Shown here piece after piece: positions 49,075 to 59,603 of a stretch of DNA of 64,000 nt. The translations under genes and the position numbers were made by a program. Source of the DNA: a virus (taxonomy: Duplodnaviria > Caudoviricetes). The stretch covers positions 1,458 through 65,457 of IMG/VR virus record IMGVR_UViG_3300025876_001969. One strand, given 5' to 3'. The notes beneath the pieces are model-generated. The model was not told the origin of the DNA and made no database searches. It was given only the letters and a program-made list of their open reading frames with translations. Each line of letters begins with the position of its first letter. Position 1 is the stretch's first letter.

Positions 49075-49952
49075 AATTTTGCATATTCACTCATTTGTTC
49101 TTCAGGCCCAATCTTTTTCATTTTGAGGAATGGTTGAAGTATCATATTGATTTTGGAGTAGACCACTTTTACTTTTACGAAAGTTCTCATTCGGGAATAC
49201 CTTGCCTAGCAAAAGATACAAAAAGGCAAATAGATATACCCTTAGTTGGCGATATTCCGTACAGTCGTATTTATAAATACTACGATGAAATTAGGGAAAG
49301 GTATAAAGATTACTGCACTTTTATCAAATGGTTACCAAAGGATAAAAACGGTAACTACCTAGAGCACCATCAAATTCATGCTTACGAACAAGCCACGGCT
49401 TTTAATCATTTCTATAAAAATTATGCCAAAAAACACGACAGAGTATCAACTATAGATTGCGATGAATTTTATTATAGCGACAAACATGACAACATTACAA
49501 GTTTTTTAGATAAAAACAAACAAGATATTTCGTTATTAGGTTGTAAGTTTTTTGAATCTGTGTTTGTTCATGTCGGCGACTTGGTAGCGCAGAAGACAAA
49601 ATGCTTAGATAAATTCTCAAGAGTTGGCCCTAAATATATATTCAATGCTCAAAACGCAAACTTGATATACAAAAACTCGCCCCACTTCCCTCCCAGTAAA
49701 AACAGAACTAGTGTAAATATAAGTCAAGAAGAACTTTGCTTCTATCATTATAAAGTTAATAAAAATGCAAAAATTTCAATAGAACACCACAGCAAACAAA
49801 AAATGAAATACGCAGAAGATAAATCAATGGCTAAAAAAGCCCAGTATTTACAAGATTATAATTTTATAGCAAAGCCGCAAACAAAACAAAACTTCATCGA
49901 TTCAGAAGAAGACATATTAGGTTTAGATTTATTTACATGGGACCAAAGATGA
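49071..49952 (+). CDS. GT92-like glycosyltransferase
   Basis: 'EEWLKYHIDFGVDHFYFY', 'IDCDEF', 'K.I', 'H', 'HY'. Confidence 0.75.
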   Translation: MKFCIFTHLFFRPNLFHFEEWLKYHIDFGVDHFYFYESSHSGIPCLAKDTKRQIDIPLVGDIPYSRIYKYYDEIRERYKDYCTFIKWLPKDKNGNYLEHHQIHAYEQATAFNHFYKNYAKKHDRVSTIDCDEFYYSDKHDNITSFLDKNKQDISLLGCKFFESVFVHVGDLVAQKTKCLDKFSRVGPKYIFNAQNANLIYKNSPHFPPSKNRTSVNISQEELCFYHYKVNKNAKISIEHHSKQKMKYAEDKSMAKKAQYLQDYNFIAKPQTKQNFIDSEEDILGLDLFTWDQR

Positions 49953-50674
49953 ACCTTAAAATTATATCATTCTGCAACTATCCTTACAGAGAAATAGCCT
50001 TAAACTGGGTCAAGCACTTAGAAGCTTTGTCCATAGATAATTACGAAGTTTTATGTCTCGATTCTGAATCTGACGAATATTTAAAATCCCACGGCTGCCA
50101 CTCAAGAGTTCTAGATGAATTTAATGGTGACTGGATTTCTGGCTGCAAGCATACCATGCGCCGCACCTTGATATTTAAAAAGTACTTAGAAGAAGGTTGT
50201 GACATTATTCATTCAGACACTGATGCGCTTTGGCTCAAAAACCCTATACCTGAATTGATCGAATCAAACAGTCAAGATATTATTGTATCAACGGTTAGGC
50301 ATAAAGGAGCATTCCCACCAGAGGTTCGCGAAGCTTTTGGATTTACATGCTGCATGGGCTGGATATTTTTTCGAAGCAATAAAAACACAATCAACTATCT
50401 AGATAAATTCCTTAACACTAGAGAGGTCAAGGGCTCAGATCAGAAAAACTTCAATGAATTCTTATTGAGCAATAATCCATCAATTAGCCCGCTCGACAAT
50501 GGAGATGAGCTAATCATTACCAATGACTTAAACGTCTCATTGCTTGGGCTATCAAAGCCTCTAGTCAAGCGCGGCCCAATAGAAGAAGAAACATACGTCT
50601 GGCATCCAAACACAAGAAAAGAAGCCGAGCATAAAAAACAATCGTTTATAGATAGAGGACTATGGAAAATTTAA
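49949..50674 (+). CDS. nucleotide-diphospho-sugar transferase (GT77-like)
   Basis: 'LNWVKHL', 'CLD', 'HSDTDALWLKNP', 'CMGWIFFRS', 'DQKNFN'. Confidence 0.8.
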   Translation: MNLKIISFCNYPYREIALNWVKHLEALSIDNYEVLCLDSESDEYLKSHGCHSRVLDEFNGDWISGCKHTMRRTLIFKKYLEEGCDIIHSDTDALWLKNPIPELIESNSQDIIVSTVRHKGAFPPEVREAFGFTCCMGWIFFRSNKNTINYLDKFLNTREVKGSDQKNFNEFLLSNNPSISPLDNGDELIITNDLNVSLLGLSKPLVKRGPIEEETYVWHPNTRKEAEHKKQSFIDRGLWKI

Positions 50675-51132
50675 TCTCACATCTTGAAGGCCCGAATAAG
50701 CATATTATTAATTTAATAAACCTTGATAGCGGCGAAGTTGTCAATTCAACAAGTAAATGGCTAAGTGATCGTTGGTTTTTGCGCGAAACAAACTTTGCAA
50801 AACATTTGACATGTGTCGAAATCAGCCCATTCAAAAACACAAAAGACTCAAACGTATTTGTCGGGAAAAAGTATTTGGGGCATAAAGTTTACAAATCTCT
50901 ATCCGATTCATCAACATCTATTGACTTCTTATCAATACTTGACCCTGACATCTCGCTTGAAGTTTTAGAGTCTATCGATTTTTCCAAGTATACAATCAAG
51001 CGTTTCTGTATAGCTATTAACCCAGTAAAAACAAAAAATTTTAAACAAAACAAAAAAGACATAGAATTATTCATGAAGGATAAAGCTAAATTTATAAAAC
51101 AAAACAGAACAGAGCTTCTGTATAGTGTATAA
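50662..51132 (+). CDS. hypothetical protein (degenerate FkbM-like)
   Basis: 'IDFLSI..LEVLESIDFSKYTI'. Confidence 0.45.
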   Translation: MENLISHLEGPNKHIINLINLDSGEVVNSTSKWLSDRWFLRETNFAKHLTCVEISPFKNTKDSNVFVGKKYLGHKVYKSLSDSSTSIDFLSILDPDISLEVLESIDFSKYTIKRFCIAINPVKTKNFKQNKKDIELFMKDKAKFIKQNRTELLYSV

Positions 51133-51138
51133 TATATC

Positions 51139-52863
51139 ATGGAACAAATAAAAATACAAACAGGAGCAAACCTTAGTCGCTTGCTTCAATCAACAGTAAA
51201 CATACCTCAAGCCTTTACTGAGCTTGTAAAAAACTCGATACAAAATTTCTCTACATTTTGCCGCATTGATTTTAACGATGCATGCGCAACTATAATCGAC
51301 GACGGCCAAGGCTTTGATCATGAAAAAGATGAAAACGGCATGAGTGGTTTTGAGAAATACTTTGTCTTTGGAAATTCCTACGATATGACTGGCGGTAAAG
51401 GCGTGAAGCTTGGTCAAATGGGAATAGGTGGCAAACTTGCAAACGACAAACTCTCCAACGAGATTGATATACATTGGATCATTGAAACAAAGAATATCCA
51501 CGGCAAATGCTTTATTGTTGAATACAAGCCTTCTGGCGTCGAATTTTTGAACGATTATTCTCCTGAGCTTACTGAAATAAGCCCAGAAGAATGCTCTATA
51601 CTCACAGAGTCTGGAACAAAGATAACTATTGCAACCCTAAAAGACCATATACAAAAAGAGGGCTGGCCTTCTGGTCAAATTAAAAATGAGCTTTGCACTT
51701 TCTTTGGCTTCCTTTTGCCGCAGCTTGAAAAAGAAGGTAAGAAATTCGACCTAATCCTTAATGGGGAAAGTTTAGACTTTTCATACAAACTTCCTGGCTC
51801 TAATATTCCTATTATTAGGCGCGAATTTGAATACGACTACTACGGCGAAAAGCGCACCAGCAATATCGAATTTAGATTATCATTAATTTATAATCGCGGC
51901 TTAATTAAAAACCATCCATTAAAAAACATTGAAATAATATCAAAGGTTAAAATCTGCTCGCTTAACTTGTCCGACCAAGACTTACTAGAATCAACACTAG
52001 AATGGTTGGAAGAAAAAAACAAAGAAGAAATAAAAGATAAAGATAAAATTTATGATGTGTTTAATAAGTTGATTGGTTTTATTTCTTGCGATGACCTCTC
52101 TGAAGTTATGGATAGTACTGGAATGCCAGCCAAAGATCTTTCTCATCATGGGTTAAGGAGTGACCACCCCATAACGAACCCTTTTTACGAAAGAGTTTAT
52201 AAAGTTCTACTCGAGTGGATCGTTGAATATATCAAATTGAACTCCGAAGAAAAAATGAACATCCTTGACGCTCTTGCTAACGAGGTATCAAGCATGCTTG
52301 CTGAATATTTTGAAGACGAAGACTTTTCTGATTTATGGGACACTGAAGAAGAGGAGGACGACGAAGAAGAAGAACTAACAGAAGATGAGAAAAAAGAAGA
52401 GAAAGAAAGAAAAGAGTTGGAAAAATTCGCAGAGCTCACAATTGATAAAGAATGGGTTTTTGAGCCAGAACCGGAAGAGCCAGAACCGGAAGAGCCAGAA
52501 CCGGAAGATCCAGAGCCTGAAAATAATATACCTCCCCTCTGGAATAAATACAAAAACCAAAAATTAAAACAATCAAAAAGGCTAAGGTATAGAATTATTG
52601 ATTTTGGAGAGGAAGAATCTAAATCAATGTCTAAGGTTGATGACATATCTGACTTCACCATATTAATCAACAACGGCAATCCTAAATTCAAAAGATTCTA
52701 CGAAGAGAATTCTCCATTCTTATTGTCTCTTCATATTTCCGAACTACTTATTAGAGAGATATCAATGTATAAGAATCCTTTAGCTAGGCCTACTGATCTA
52801 GACGAAGCTATTAGTGATTTCTATTCCAATAAATACACCCAAATAAAGAAGAATAGTGAATGA
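51139..52863 (+). CDS. GHKL (Hsp90/MORC-like) ATPase with acidic and PEPEE linker
   Basis: 'ELVKNS', 'DDGQG', 'GQMGIGGK', 'GTKI'. Confidence 0.85.
   Translation: MEQIKIQTGANLSRLLQSTVNIPQAFTELVKNSIQNFSTFCRIDFNDACATIIDDGQGFDHEKDENGMSGFEKYFVFGNSYDMTGGKGVKLGQMGIGGKLANDKLSNEIDIHWIIETKNIHGKCFIVEYKPSGVEFLNDYSPELTEISPEECSILTESGTKITIATLKDHIQKEGWPSGQIKNELCTFFGFLLPQLEKEGKKFDLILNGESLDFSYKLPGSNIPIIRREFEYDYYGEKRTSNIEFRLSLIYNRGLIKNHPLKNIEIISKVKICSLNLSDQDLLESTLEWLEEKNKEEIKDKDKIYDVFNKLIGFISCDDLSEVMDSTGMPAKDLSHHGLRSDHPITNPFYERVYKVLLEWIVEYIKLNSEEKMNILDALANEVSSMLAEYFEDEDFSDLWDTEEEEDDEEEELTEDEKKEEKERKELEKFAELTIDKEWVFEPEPEEPEPEEPEPEDPEPENNIPPLWNKYKNQKLKQSKRLRYRIIDFGEEESKSMSKVDDISDFTILINNGNPKFKRFYEENSPFLLSLHISELLIREISMYKNPLARPTDLDEAISDFYSNKYTQIKKNSE
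52462..52521 (+). repeat. 15-nt coding tandem repeat (EPEPE)
   Basis: GAGCCAGAACCGGAA x3 plus one degenerate unit. Confidence 0.9.
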
Positions 52864-53548
52864 TAAGGGAGTAATTTACGTTGCTGTAGACCCCAACACA
52901 GCCCCCCAAGAGAGAAAATACAACCCAGACAAGAAACAAATACTCAAAGAATTTTTTCATTCTTTCAATTCCTTAAGGCTAACTAACCCATCTCTCTCTG
53001 CGACAGTTTTTACTGACTACAAGGAAATTCTTGACTCTTCTTTAGATTTTGAGCGAAATCAAATTAAAAATGACTTCGGCCTTAAACCTAAAGTTTTTGG
53101 CATAAAAAATTCACCCTATAAGCGTACAGTTTTTTTAGATACAGATACCGAAGTAAAAGGCTCGATAGAGCCTATTTTCTCATATCTTAATGGTAATGAT
53201 CTTTGCCTTGCAAAAGAGTTTATCATTACCTCTGCTTTCAATACTGGAGTTATTTCCTTCAAGAAGTCTTCTTTGGTTAAAGCTTTTATAGATTTTTGGT
53301 ATAAATCAATGGATAATAACCATGAAAAAGTTTGCGACCAAGGCTGCTTTAATAATATCATTAAGTTCAAGCATAAAAATCCTCCTAAAAATTTAATCCA
53401 TATAAAAAAAATTATCGACCCGATCTCAATTAAAATTTTAGACAGCAAAATATGGAACCTTCGTGTTGCAGAAAAAAAACAACTTCTATCAGAGGGGTTT
53501 GATTTCAATAAGAATATAATTCTCCACATGAGAGGGTTGGCTAAATAA
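52856..53548 (+). CDS. GT-A glycosyltransferase (GT8-like)
   Basis: 'KGVIYVA', 'SPYKRTVFLDTDT', 'FNTGV', 'DQ', 'WN'. Confidence 0.75.
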   Translation: MNDKGVIYVAVDPNTAPQERKYNPDKKQILKEFFHSFNSLRLTNPSLSATVFTDYKEILDSSLDFERNQIKNDFGLKPKVFGIKNSPYKRTVFLDTDTEVKGSIEPIFSYLNGNDLCLAKEFIITSAFNTGVISFKKSSLVKAFIDFWYKSMDNNHEKVCDQGCFNNIIKFKHKNPPKNLIHIKKIIDPISIKILDSKIWNLRVAEKKQLLSEGFDFNKNIILHMRGLAK

Positions 53549-54210
53549 TGAATTACGACCTTTACATATTAACTACTGCAATCGATAGGCCCGACCTGCA
53601 TAATCAAACACTGCCACCCTTTTTTAAAATACTGGAAGATCAGGGTGTCAATTATAAATGGTTTATTAACTTAGATTCTCCGTTTAAAAAAACAGAAGAA
53701 GCCACAAATAACTTAAAATCTTTCAATGGAGGCTCCCAAGACTTGCATATTTCAGATAAAGCCTGTTTTTATTCGGCGGCAAAACACGTGATCAGTTCTG
53801 CGTATAATGAACTAGACAATCTTGATGGTTACGTCATGTGGCTTGAAGATGACTGGGATTTACTTATTCCCTTTAACATGCGCGAATTAATAGGTAGTGA
53901 TTATGAATATATTGGCTTTCACTTTCATCACTTTTTTGAATTCTCATTTAACCCAACTATGTGGAGCAAAGATTTTTTTGTAAAAAATGTACACGAACCT
54001 TTTGCTACTTCAGAGACTTCAATTGATCCAGAGCAGCTATTAATCAATCACCATAAAAAAACTAGATCAGAAGATTCTAGCCACCTAAAGGATGTAAACC
54101 GAATTAACTTCAACGGCGTATTTGAAGATGCTGGCAGAAAATGGGGAGAACAATATAATTTAAAAAAATGGAATAAAAACAAAACAGGAGGAAGCGTTAG
54201 TTATGCCTAA
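53548..54210 (+). CDS. GT-A glycosyltransferase-like protein
   Basis: 'TAIDRPDL', 'INLD', 'WLEDDW', 'SFNP', 'D.GR.W'. Confidence 0.65.
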   Translation: MNYDLYILTTAIDRPDLHNQTLPPFFKILEDQGVNYKWFINLDSPFKKTEEATNNLKSFNGGSQDLHISDKACFYSAAKHVISSAYNELDNLDGYVMWLEDDWDLLIPFNMRELIGSDYEYIGFHFHHFFEFSFNPTMWSKDFFVKNVHEPFATSETSIDPEQLLINHHKKTRSEDSSHLKDVNRINFNGVFEDAGRKWGEQYNLKKWNKNKTGGSVSYA

Positions 54211-54934
54211 AGCCTCCATAATATTATCGTCCTACAATAACTTATCCGCACTTGAGTTAAGTATTGAAAGTTTGAAACATCAAACAGAAAAAGATTTTGA
54301 AATCATTATAGCAGATGATGGCTCAACAGATGGCACAATAGAATATTTAGAAAAAGAAGGAATACAATATTTTAGCCGCCCCAATGAAGGCTACAGGCTT
54401 GCGTATATTTGGAATCGCGGAGCCGATCTAGCAAAAGGGGATAGATTTATCTTTGGTAATTCGGATATTATATCTCACCCTAAAAGAATAGAGGAGCATT
54501 CAAAATTTAATAACTATTTAATCGCTGGCAGTTATCCATCAATACCAATTGATTATGTAAAATCTATAACAAAAGAAAAAATACGGCACAACTTTTGGTC
54601 GATAGATTTAATAGCGACAGAGGACAGAAGAAAGGATTACATTTCTGGGCTCAAAAAACCACAATTACATCACGGTAAAAAGATACCTCCGCGATATATG
54701 TATGGCGGCAACTGGTCTTGCCCTGCTGATATTTTTAAAAAACTGGGAGGTCTAGATGAAGAGTTTAAAGGTTGGGGTGGAGAGGATTTTGATTTTGCCC
54801 GACGAGCTCAACTAGATGGGCATGATACCATCCTTAATACTAATTGTATTGGGTATCATCTTGATCATGAGACGATCAATAGAGACGAAACTCGGTCAAT
54901 AGGTAAAAGTTATTTCAACCAAAAATGGTCATAA
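54203..54934 (+). CDS. GT2 glycosyltransferase with GT7C-like domain
   Basis: 'SYN', 'IADDGSTDGT', 'NRGA', 'GGLDEEFKGWGGED'. Confidence 0.9.
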   Translation: MPKASIILSSYNNLSALELSIESLKHQTEKDFEIIIADDGSTDGTIEYLEKEGIQYFSRPNEGYRLAYIWNRGADLAKGDRFIFGNSDIISHPKRIEEHSKFNNYLIAGSYPSIPIDYVKSITKEKIRHNFWSIDLIATEDRRKDYISGLKKPQLHHGKKIPPRYMYGGNWSCPADIFKKLGGLDEEFKGWGGEDFDFARRAQLDGHDTILNTNCIGYHLDHETINRDETRSIGKSYFNQKWS

Positions 54935-55722
54935 AGCCTAAGATAATAGATGCCTTCATGTTTAATAATGAGCTTGATATACTTAATTTCAGGCTACATG
55001 AATTAAACGATTATGTAGATAAGTTTGTTATATATGAAAACTCATGGACTTTCAGCGGCAATAAAAAACCACTTTACTTTGAGGAGAACAAACAAATGTT
55101 TTCTAAATTTTCCGACAAGATAGTTCATATAAAAAGTAACACTCGAGGAAAAGACAACTGGAAAAGGGAATATGCCCAAAGATATGAGGTATTACTGAAA
55201 GGAGTCTCATTGCTAAACTTAAACGACGAAGATATCGTTTCTTTTTGTGATCTAGATGAAATTATAGACACAGAATTAATCACTAACTACAAAAACGAGT
55301 TACCCAAAGACACAGTCTTGCTTGTCCAGCCTCATTGGTTTAACGTATCCTGGGATTGCTACCTAGGAGCATGGCAACATCACAGTATTATTTTCTCCTA
55401 CTGGAGGGAGCTTCAAAAAAGAATGCCCCACTGGAGGGGCATGCAATGCGGTTGGCGATGGGATCATCCTAAATTCCCCCAGCCGATCAAGAAACAGGAA
55501 TTATCTGGCTGGCATGCGTCTTGGTTCATGAAAACTGAAGATTTAATCGTTAAATTAAAAAGCTTCGCCCACAATGGAGAAGAATGGGTTGACGAATTGT
55601 TACAAAATATCGATATCGTTAAGTTTAGAATTAAATCAGGGCTTGACATTCAAGGCGAAAAGCAATCAGAAAAATTCGATAAAAATTATCCTGTCTTTAA
55701 AAATTATATCACCTATGACTAA
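54925..55722 (+). CDS. GT17-like GlcNAc transferase
   Basis: 'FNNELDILNFRLHELNDYVDKFVI.E..TFSG..KPL', 'DLDEI', 'GWHASWF..KLKSFAH'. Confidence 0.85.
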   Translation: MVIKPKIIDAFMFNNELDILNFRLHELNDYVDKFVIYENSWTFSGNKKPLYFEENKQMFSKFSDKIVHIKSNTRGKDNWKREYAQRYEVLLKGVSLLNLNDEDIVSFCDLDEIIDTELITNYKNELPKDTVLLVQPHWFNVSWDCYLGAWQHHSIIFSYWRELQKRMPHWRGMQCGWRWDHPKFPQPIKKQELSGWHASWFMKTEDLIVKLKSFAHNGEEWVDELLQNIDIVKFRIKSGLDIQGEKQSEKFDKNYPVFKNYITYD

Positions 55723-56344
55723 TTTAAAATTAATTTCTGTAATTAGTTCGGGAGACAATAGATACAAATCTATTCGCGATAATTTCTTAGCCAACACATC
55801 TTCTTTTGATTCAATTATTTCCAGTGTTGAGGTTATAAATGTTGAGACAAAATCGGGGGACTGGCAAAGTCAAGGCTTCCTGGATACCGTATACAAAAAA
55901 TTAGATCACACCCATCAGTTATTAAAACAAGGTCACACTGTTTTTTGCACCGACTTAGATATTTTCTACCTAAAAGATCCCATAGAATACATGCATGGAT
56001 TACTTGATAATTTCGATATTGTTGGGCAAAATGATTTTGATAGGCTCTGCACGGGTTTTTATATGGTCAAATCTTCTGATTTAACAGTAGATCTTTTTGA
56101 CACAACCGAGAAACTTGTTTTAGATGGTGAGCAAAGCGATCAAAATTATATCCATACTAAATTACAATCAGACAAATACTCTAGCCTAAAAGTCCACAAG
56201 CTTAATGAAGACTCTTTCCCCAATGGATATCGCTGGTATAAATGGAATAAAAGATTAAATCCATCCATTGTTCATTACAATAGTGTAGACTCTATAGAAG
56301 GAAAGATAGACAAAATGAAACAATTCAATCACTGGCTAGTGTGA
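55715..56344 (+). CDS. nucleotide-diphospho-sugar transferase (GT77-like)
   Basis: 'TDLDIFYLKDP', 'QND..LCTGF', 'DQ', 'FPNG', 'VHYN'. ATG 55715 preferred. Confidence 0.8.
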   Translation: MTNLKLISVISSGDNRYKSIRDNFLANTSSFDSIISSVEVINVETKSGDWQSQGFLDTVYKKLDHTHQLLKQGHTVFCTDLDIFYLKDPIEYMHGLLDNFDIVGQNDFDRLCTGFYMVKSSDLTVDLFDTTEKLVLDGEQSDQNYIHTKLQSDKYSSLKVHKLNEDSFPNGYRWYKWNKRLNPSIVHYNSVDSIEGKIDKMKQFNHWLV

Positions 56345-56991
56345 AAAAAATATTTAAAATTTTCGTCTGTTGTCATAAATATATTCATAGAGTTGAAGAT
56401 ATAAAGGCTCGCGTCAATAAATGGAATCTTGGTGATTATTTAATTTTTGTTGGCGGCGAAGAGGAAAAACAGTTAGAAGAAAATGTTATTCAATTAAAAT
56501 GCCGTGATTTATACGAAGACCTGCCAGAAAAAATGTTTGCTATCTATGGATATTTAGCAGATAACGGATACGCTAACAGCTATGATTACTTCTGGAAAAT
56601 AGATGATGATGTTGATTTCATGCGCTGGAACGAAGGGCGCCAAGAAGCATTAGTTAACTCGCTCAACGGCCTAAACTACGCTGGATTCAAACTAAAAAGT
56701 GGAGAAGGTAAGCGTGGTTGGCATATCGGAAGAGTAAGAGAAGACTCGCCCTGGTTCAACAAAAGATATAATGGAAGATACCCCGACTGGATGGATGGCG
56801 GCACAACATATTTCCTTAGTTCTAAAGCCTTAAACAAGTGGAAAAATTTTTATAAACTTTCAGAAATTAGAAATTACGATATATATGAAGACCTTGCAGT
56901 AGCTAAATATCTAGAAAAATGCAACATACTACCAGTAGAAATAAACCCATGGCAAGACAAACCCGTGCTAAAATTTAATATTAATAAATGA
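56341..56991 (+). CDS. GT31-like galactosyltransferase
   Basis: 'DLYEDLPEK', 'KIDDD', 'GGTTYFLS', 'EDLAV'. Confidence 0.8.
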   Translation: MKKIFKIFVCCHKYIHRVEDIKARVNKWNLGDYLIFVGGEEEKQLEENVIQLKCRDLYEDLPEKMFAIYGYLADNGYANSYDYFWKIDDDVDFMRWNEGRQEALVNSLNGLNYAGFKLKSGEGKRGWHIGRVREDSPWFNKRYNGRYPDWMDGGTTYFLSSKALNKWKNFYKLSEIRNYDIYEDLAVAKYLEKCNILPVEINPWQDKPVLKFNINK

Positions 56992-57764
56992 AAATCTTCA
57001 ACAAAAGCAAAGAGGGGCTTTTTGGTTCCTCGATGAACTGGATTAACGCAAGACTGCCTTATTTATATAAAAATAAGATATACCCTCATTGGGATATTAG
57101 AAACGTAAACCATGGAAACCCTTCGGACCAAGATAGGATTATCCCTCATATTATTGAGCCTAAAAAACAAAACGCAAATCCAGGTGAAACTGTAAACCTG
57201 CTAGATATAGAAAGATATCAGTATACCGACTTCAATGAGGCAAGCTTTTACTTTAATCATTATTTTGAATTGAATCAAAGCATTATTGATTTGTCTTTTG
57301 AAATTTGCAAACCTTTCGATAATTGTCTTGGTATACATTTTCGAGGCAATGATAAGTCTAGAAAGAATGACAAGGAGAATGTTCCTATAGATAATTATGC
57401 TTACATTGAAAAAATAAAACTTTTTGCTGAGCGCTATGATTTTGAAAGCGTTTTTGTTTTGTCTGATGAAGTTGCTCTAAAGGAATTTTTAAAAAATGAA
57501 ATCTTAAAAATGCTTAATGTCCCTGTGTTTTTCACTAACATTGAACCAGTTTTCCATTTATCTCAAAAAACACTTGACAACAAGTTAGAATTAACAAAAA
57601 ATGCTGTAGCAGAAATGCTCGTTCTTTCTCGATGCAAGTATGTACTTAAAAATCAATCCGCATTTTCGAGTTGGGCAAAGATCATCAATCCTGAAATTAA
57701 AATGTACAGAACCAGCAAGTGCAAGCAAGACTGGTTCCCTGATTATTATTTGCCAGAATTATGA
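56988..57764 (+). CDS. NodZ/GT23-like fucosyltransferase
   Basis: 'LGIHFRGNDK', 'VFVLSDE', 'AEMLVLSRC..SAFS'. Confidence 0.8.
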   Translation: MKIFNKSKEGLFGSSMNWINARLPYLYKNKIYPHWDIRNVNHGNPSDQDRIIPHIIEPKKQNANPGETVNLLDIERYQYTDFNEASFYFNHYFELNQSIIDLSFEICKPFDNCLGIHFRGNDKSRKNDKENVPIDNYAYIEKIKLFAERYDFESVFVLSDEVALKEFLKNEILKMLNVPVFFTNIEPVFHLSQKTLDNKLELTKNAVAEMLVLSRCKYVLKNQSAFSSWAKIINPEIKMYRTSKCKQDWFPDYYLPEL

Positions 57765-58357
57765 TTTCTCACGAGCATAAAGCCTTGTTTTTTCATATGC
57801 CCAAATGTGGGGGAACTTCCATTGAGCGCGTTTTAGCATCTTGCGGCTTTCAGAAGAGTTCTAGAGAAGCTTTTTACCAGAATCAACACTCTGTTAGTTT
57901 ATTTGACCAAGCCAAAAAAAAATACGCTGATCATATTGATGATTATTATAAATTTTCTTTTGTCCGAAATCCTTGGGACCGAATAGTTTCGGTTTGGAAA
58001 AAGCATGCTCTTCCTTTTTCTGATTCGGGAAGATTTCCAAACATTAATGACTTCAATACTTTTATAAGAAAGTATCCATTACCCCAAAAAAATATTTTAT
58101 GGCATGCGCGTTCTCAATTTTTTCAATTAAAAAACCCTTCTTTCTATAACTTTATCGGAAGGTTTGAAAATATAGAAGAGCACTTATTTTTTGCTTTGGA
58201 TAGTATCGGTGTCACTAATAATATATCGCTCCCGAAATTAAATCAATCCAGCCACAATCATTATAGTAATTATTATAACGAATATTCTGTAAAGAAAGTA
58301 GGGGAGATGTACAAAGAAGAAATTGATTATTTTGGCTATGAGTTTATTAATAAATGA
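57761..58357 (+). CDS. sulfotransferase (Sulfotransfer_2 family)
   Basis: 'HMPKCGGTS', 'VRNPWDRIVS', 'IGRFEN'. Confidence 0.85.
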   Translation: MISHEHKALFFHMPKCGGTSIERVLASCGFQKSSREAFYQNQHSVSLFDQAKKKYADHIDDYYKFSFVRNPWDRIVSVWKKHALPFSDSGRFPNINDFNTFIRKYPLPQKNILWHARSQFFQLKNPSFYNFIGRFENIEEHLFFALDSIGVTNNISLPKLNQSSHNHYSNYYNEYSVKKVGEMYKEEIDYFGYEFINK

Positions 58358-59064
58358 AAGCGCTATGTTTTACTTTTGATCGGAATATGCCAATCCTGGA
58401 ATATGTCTTATATACATACTTTAAATGTTGGCCAGATAATCCTTTTGTTTTTTACGTTCCATGGAATAATACTAAACCTGATCATTTAGTAGAAAAATAC
58501 GGCTCCGACAAAATCAAGCTATTGCAGACTGATAGCAGAGTTAAGCCAACTATTCGCACTCTTTTATCAATAGCTCAGCCTAATGAATTTATATGGTGGG
58601 CGCAAGATGACAAATACATATTGGATTTTAAAAACAAACAAATAATAAAAGACCTTTATCAATTTAACGCCTCGAATATTGGCGGCTTTATGTTTACAAA
58701 AAACGCTGACGCTGAAACTTCATATACAAATATCAAAAAAAAATTCGGTGAGCTTGAATTAATACAAAAGAAAAATCATCACCAGATATTCCAACCACAA
58801 TTGCTCAAGAAAGAGGTGATCGAATACTTATACTTGAACGACAGGCTAGAAGATCACTACCCTCTATTAAAGCTTTACCCGATAATGAACTTCAAGCCAG
58901 TCAAAGATTTATACGCCACCAGTAGTAATCAAATCAACATAGCTGAATCTCTGGACGCCGGCAAAATGACAAAAAATTTAGTGTACAATATGAGGAAGGA
59001 TGGTTTTAAAATACCAAAACTACCTCAATGTGAAAAAACAATGATATATAAGGACCAAAAATGA
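58354..59064 (+). CDS. GT-A glycosyltransferase-like protein
   Basis: 'YFKCWPDNPF', 'WAQDDKY'. Located in the glycan island. Confidence 0.55.
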   Translation: MKALCFTFDRNMPILEYVLYTYFKCWPDNPFVFYVPWNNTKPDHLVEKYGSDKIKLLQTDSRVKPTIRTLLSIAQPNEFIWWAQDDKYILDFKNKQIIKDLYQFNASNIGGFMFTKNADAETSYTNIKKKFGELELIQKKNHHQIFQPQLLKKEVIEYLYLNDRLEDHYPLLKLYPIMNFKPVKDLYATSSNQINIAESLDAGKMTKNLVYNMRKDGFKIPKLPQCEKTMIYKDQK

Positions 59065-59603
59065 GCTTAGGAAACAAAGGAGTATTGCAATTTATTAAAA
59101 ACGACGCAGTTTGCGTGGAGGTCGGAGTATGGAAGGGTGATTTGTCTAGGCATATCGCTCAGCTTCCAATTTCTGAGCTTTACTTGATTGATCCTTGGCA
59201 AACTATCAACGATGTAGAAGGCCGCCTTCATAATACTGAGCAAAAAAACTTAGATGATATTTACAACACAGTAAAGAGAAGGTTTTTCTTCAACAAAAAG
59301 GTTAAATTGATACGGAAATTTTCCGCTGACGCAATGGCTGACATTAAAGACGGCTCTGTAGATTGGATTTATATTGACGGCAATCACAGTTATGAATTCG
59401 TAAAAGAAGACCTTAATGGTTGGTGGCCAAAGCTTAAGAGTGGAGGCTATTTGTGCGGCGATGACTATATCGAAGGAAAATATCAAGTTGAAGAATTGCA
59501 ATTCGGCATCGTGCAGGCTGTTGACGAGTTCAGACAAGAGCGAGAATCCGAAATTAATCATTCGGAATTAATTAAAGATCAATTTGTTTTCCAGAAGAAA
59601 TGA
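59061..59603 (+). CDS. class I SAM methyltransferase (Methyltransf_24-like)
   Basis: 'VEVGVWKG', 'LIDPW', 'WIYIDGNHSYE', 'GGYLCGDDY'. Confidence 0.85.
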   Translation: MSLGNKGVLQFIKNDAVCVEVGVWKGDLSRHIAQLPISELYLIDPWQTINDVEGRLHNTEQKNLDDIYNTVKRRFFFNKKVKLIRKFSADAMADIKDGSVDWIYIDGNHSYEFVKEDLNGWWPKLKSGGYLCGDDYIEGKYQVEELQFGIVQAVDEFRQERESEINHSELIKDQFVFQKK

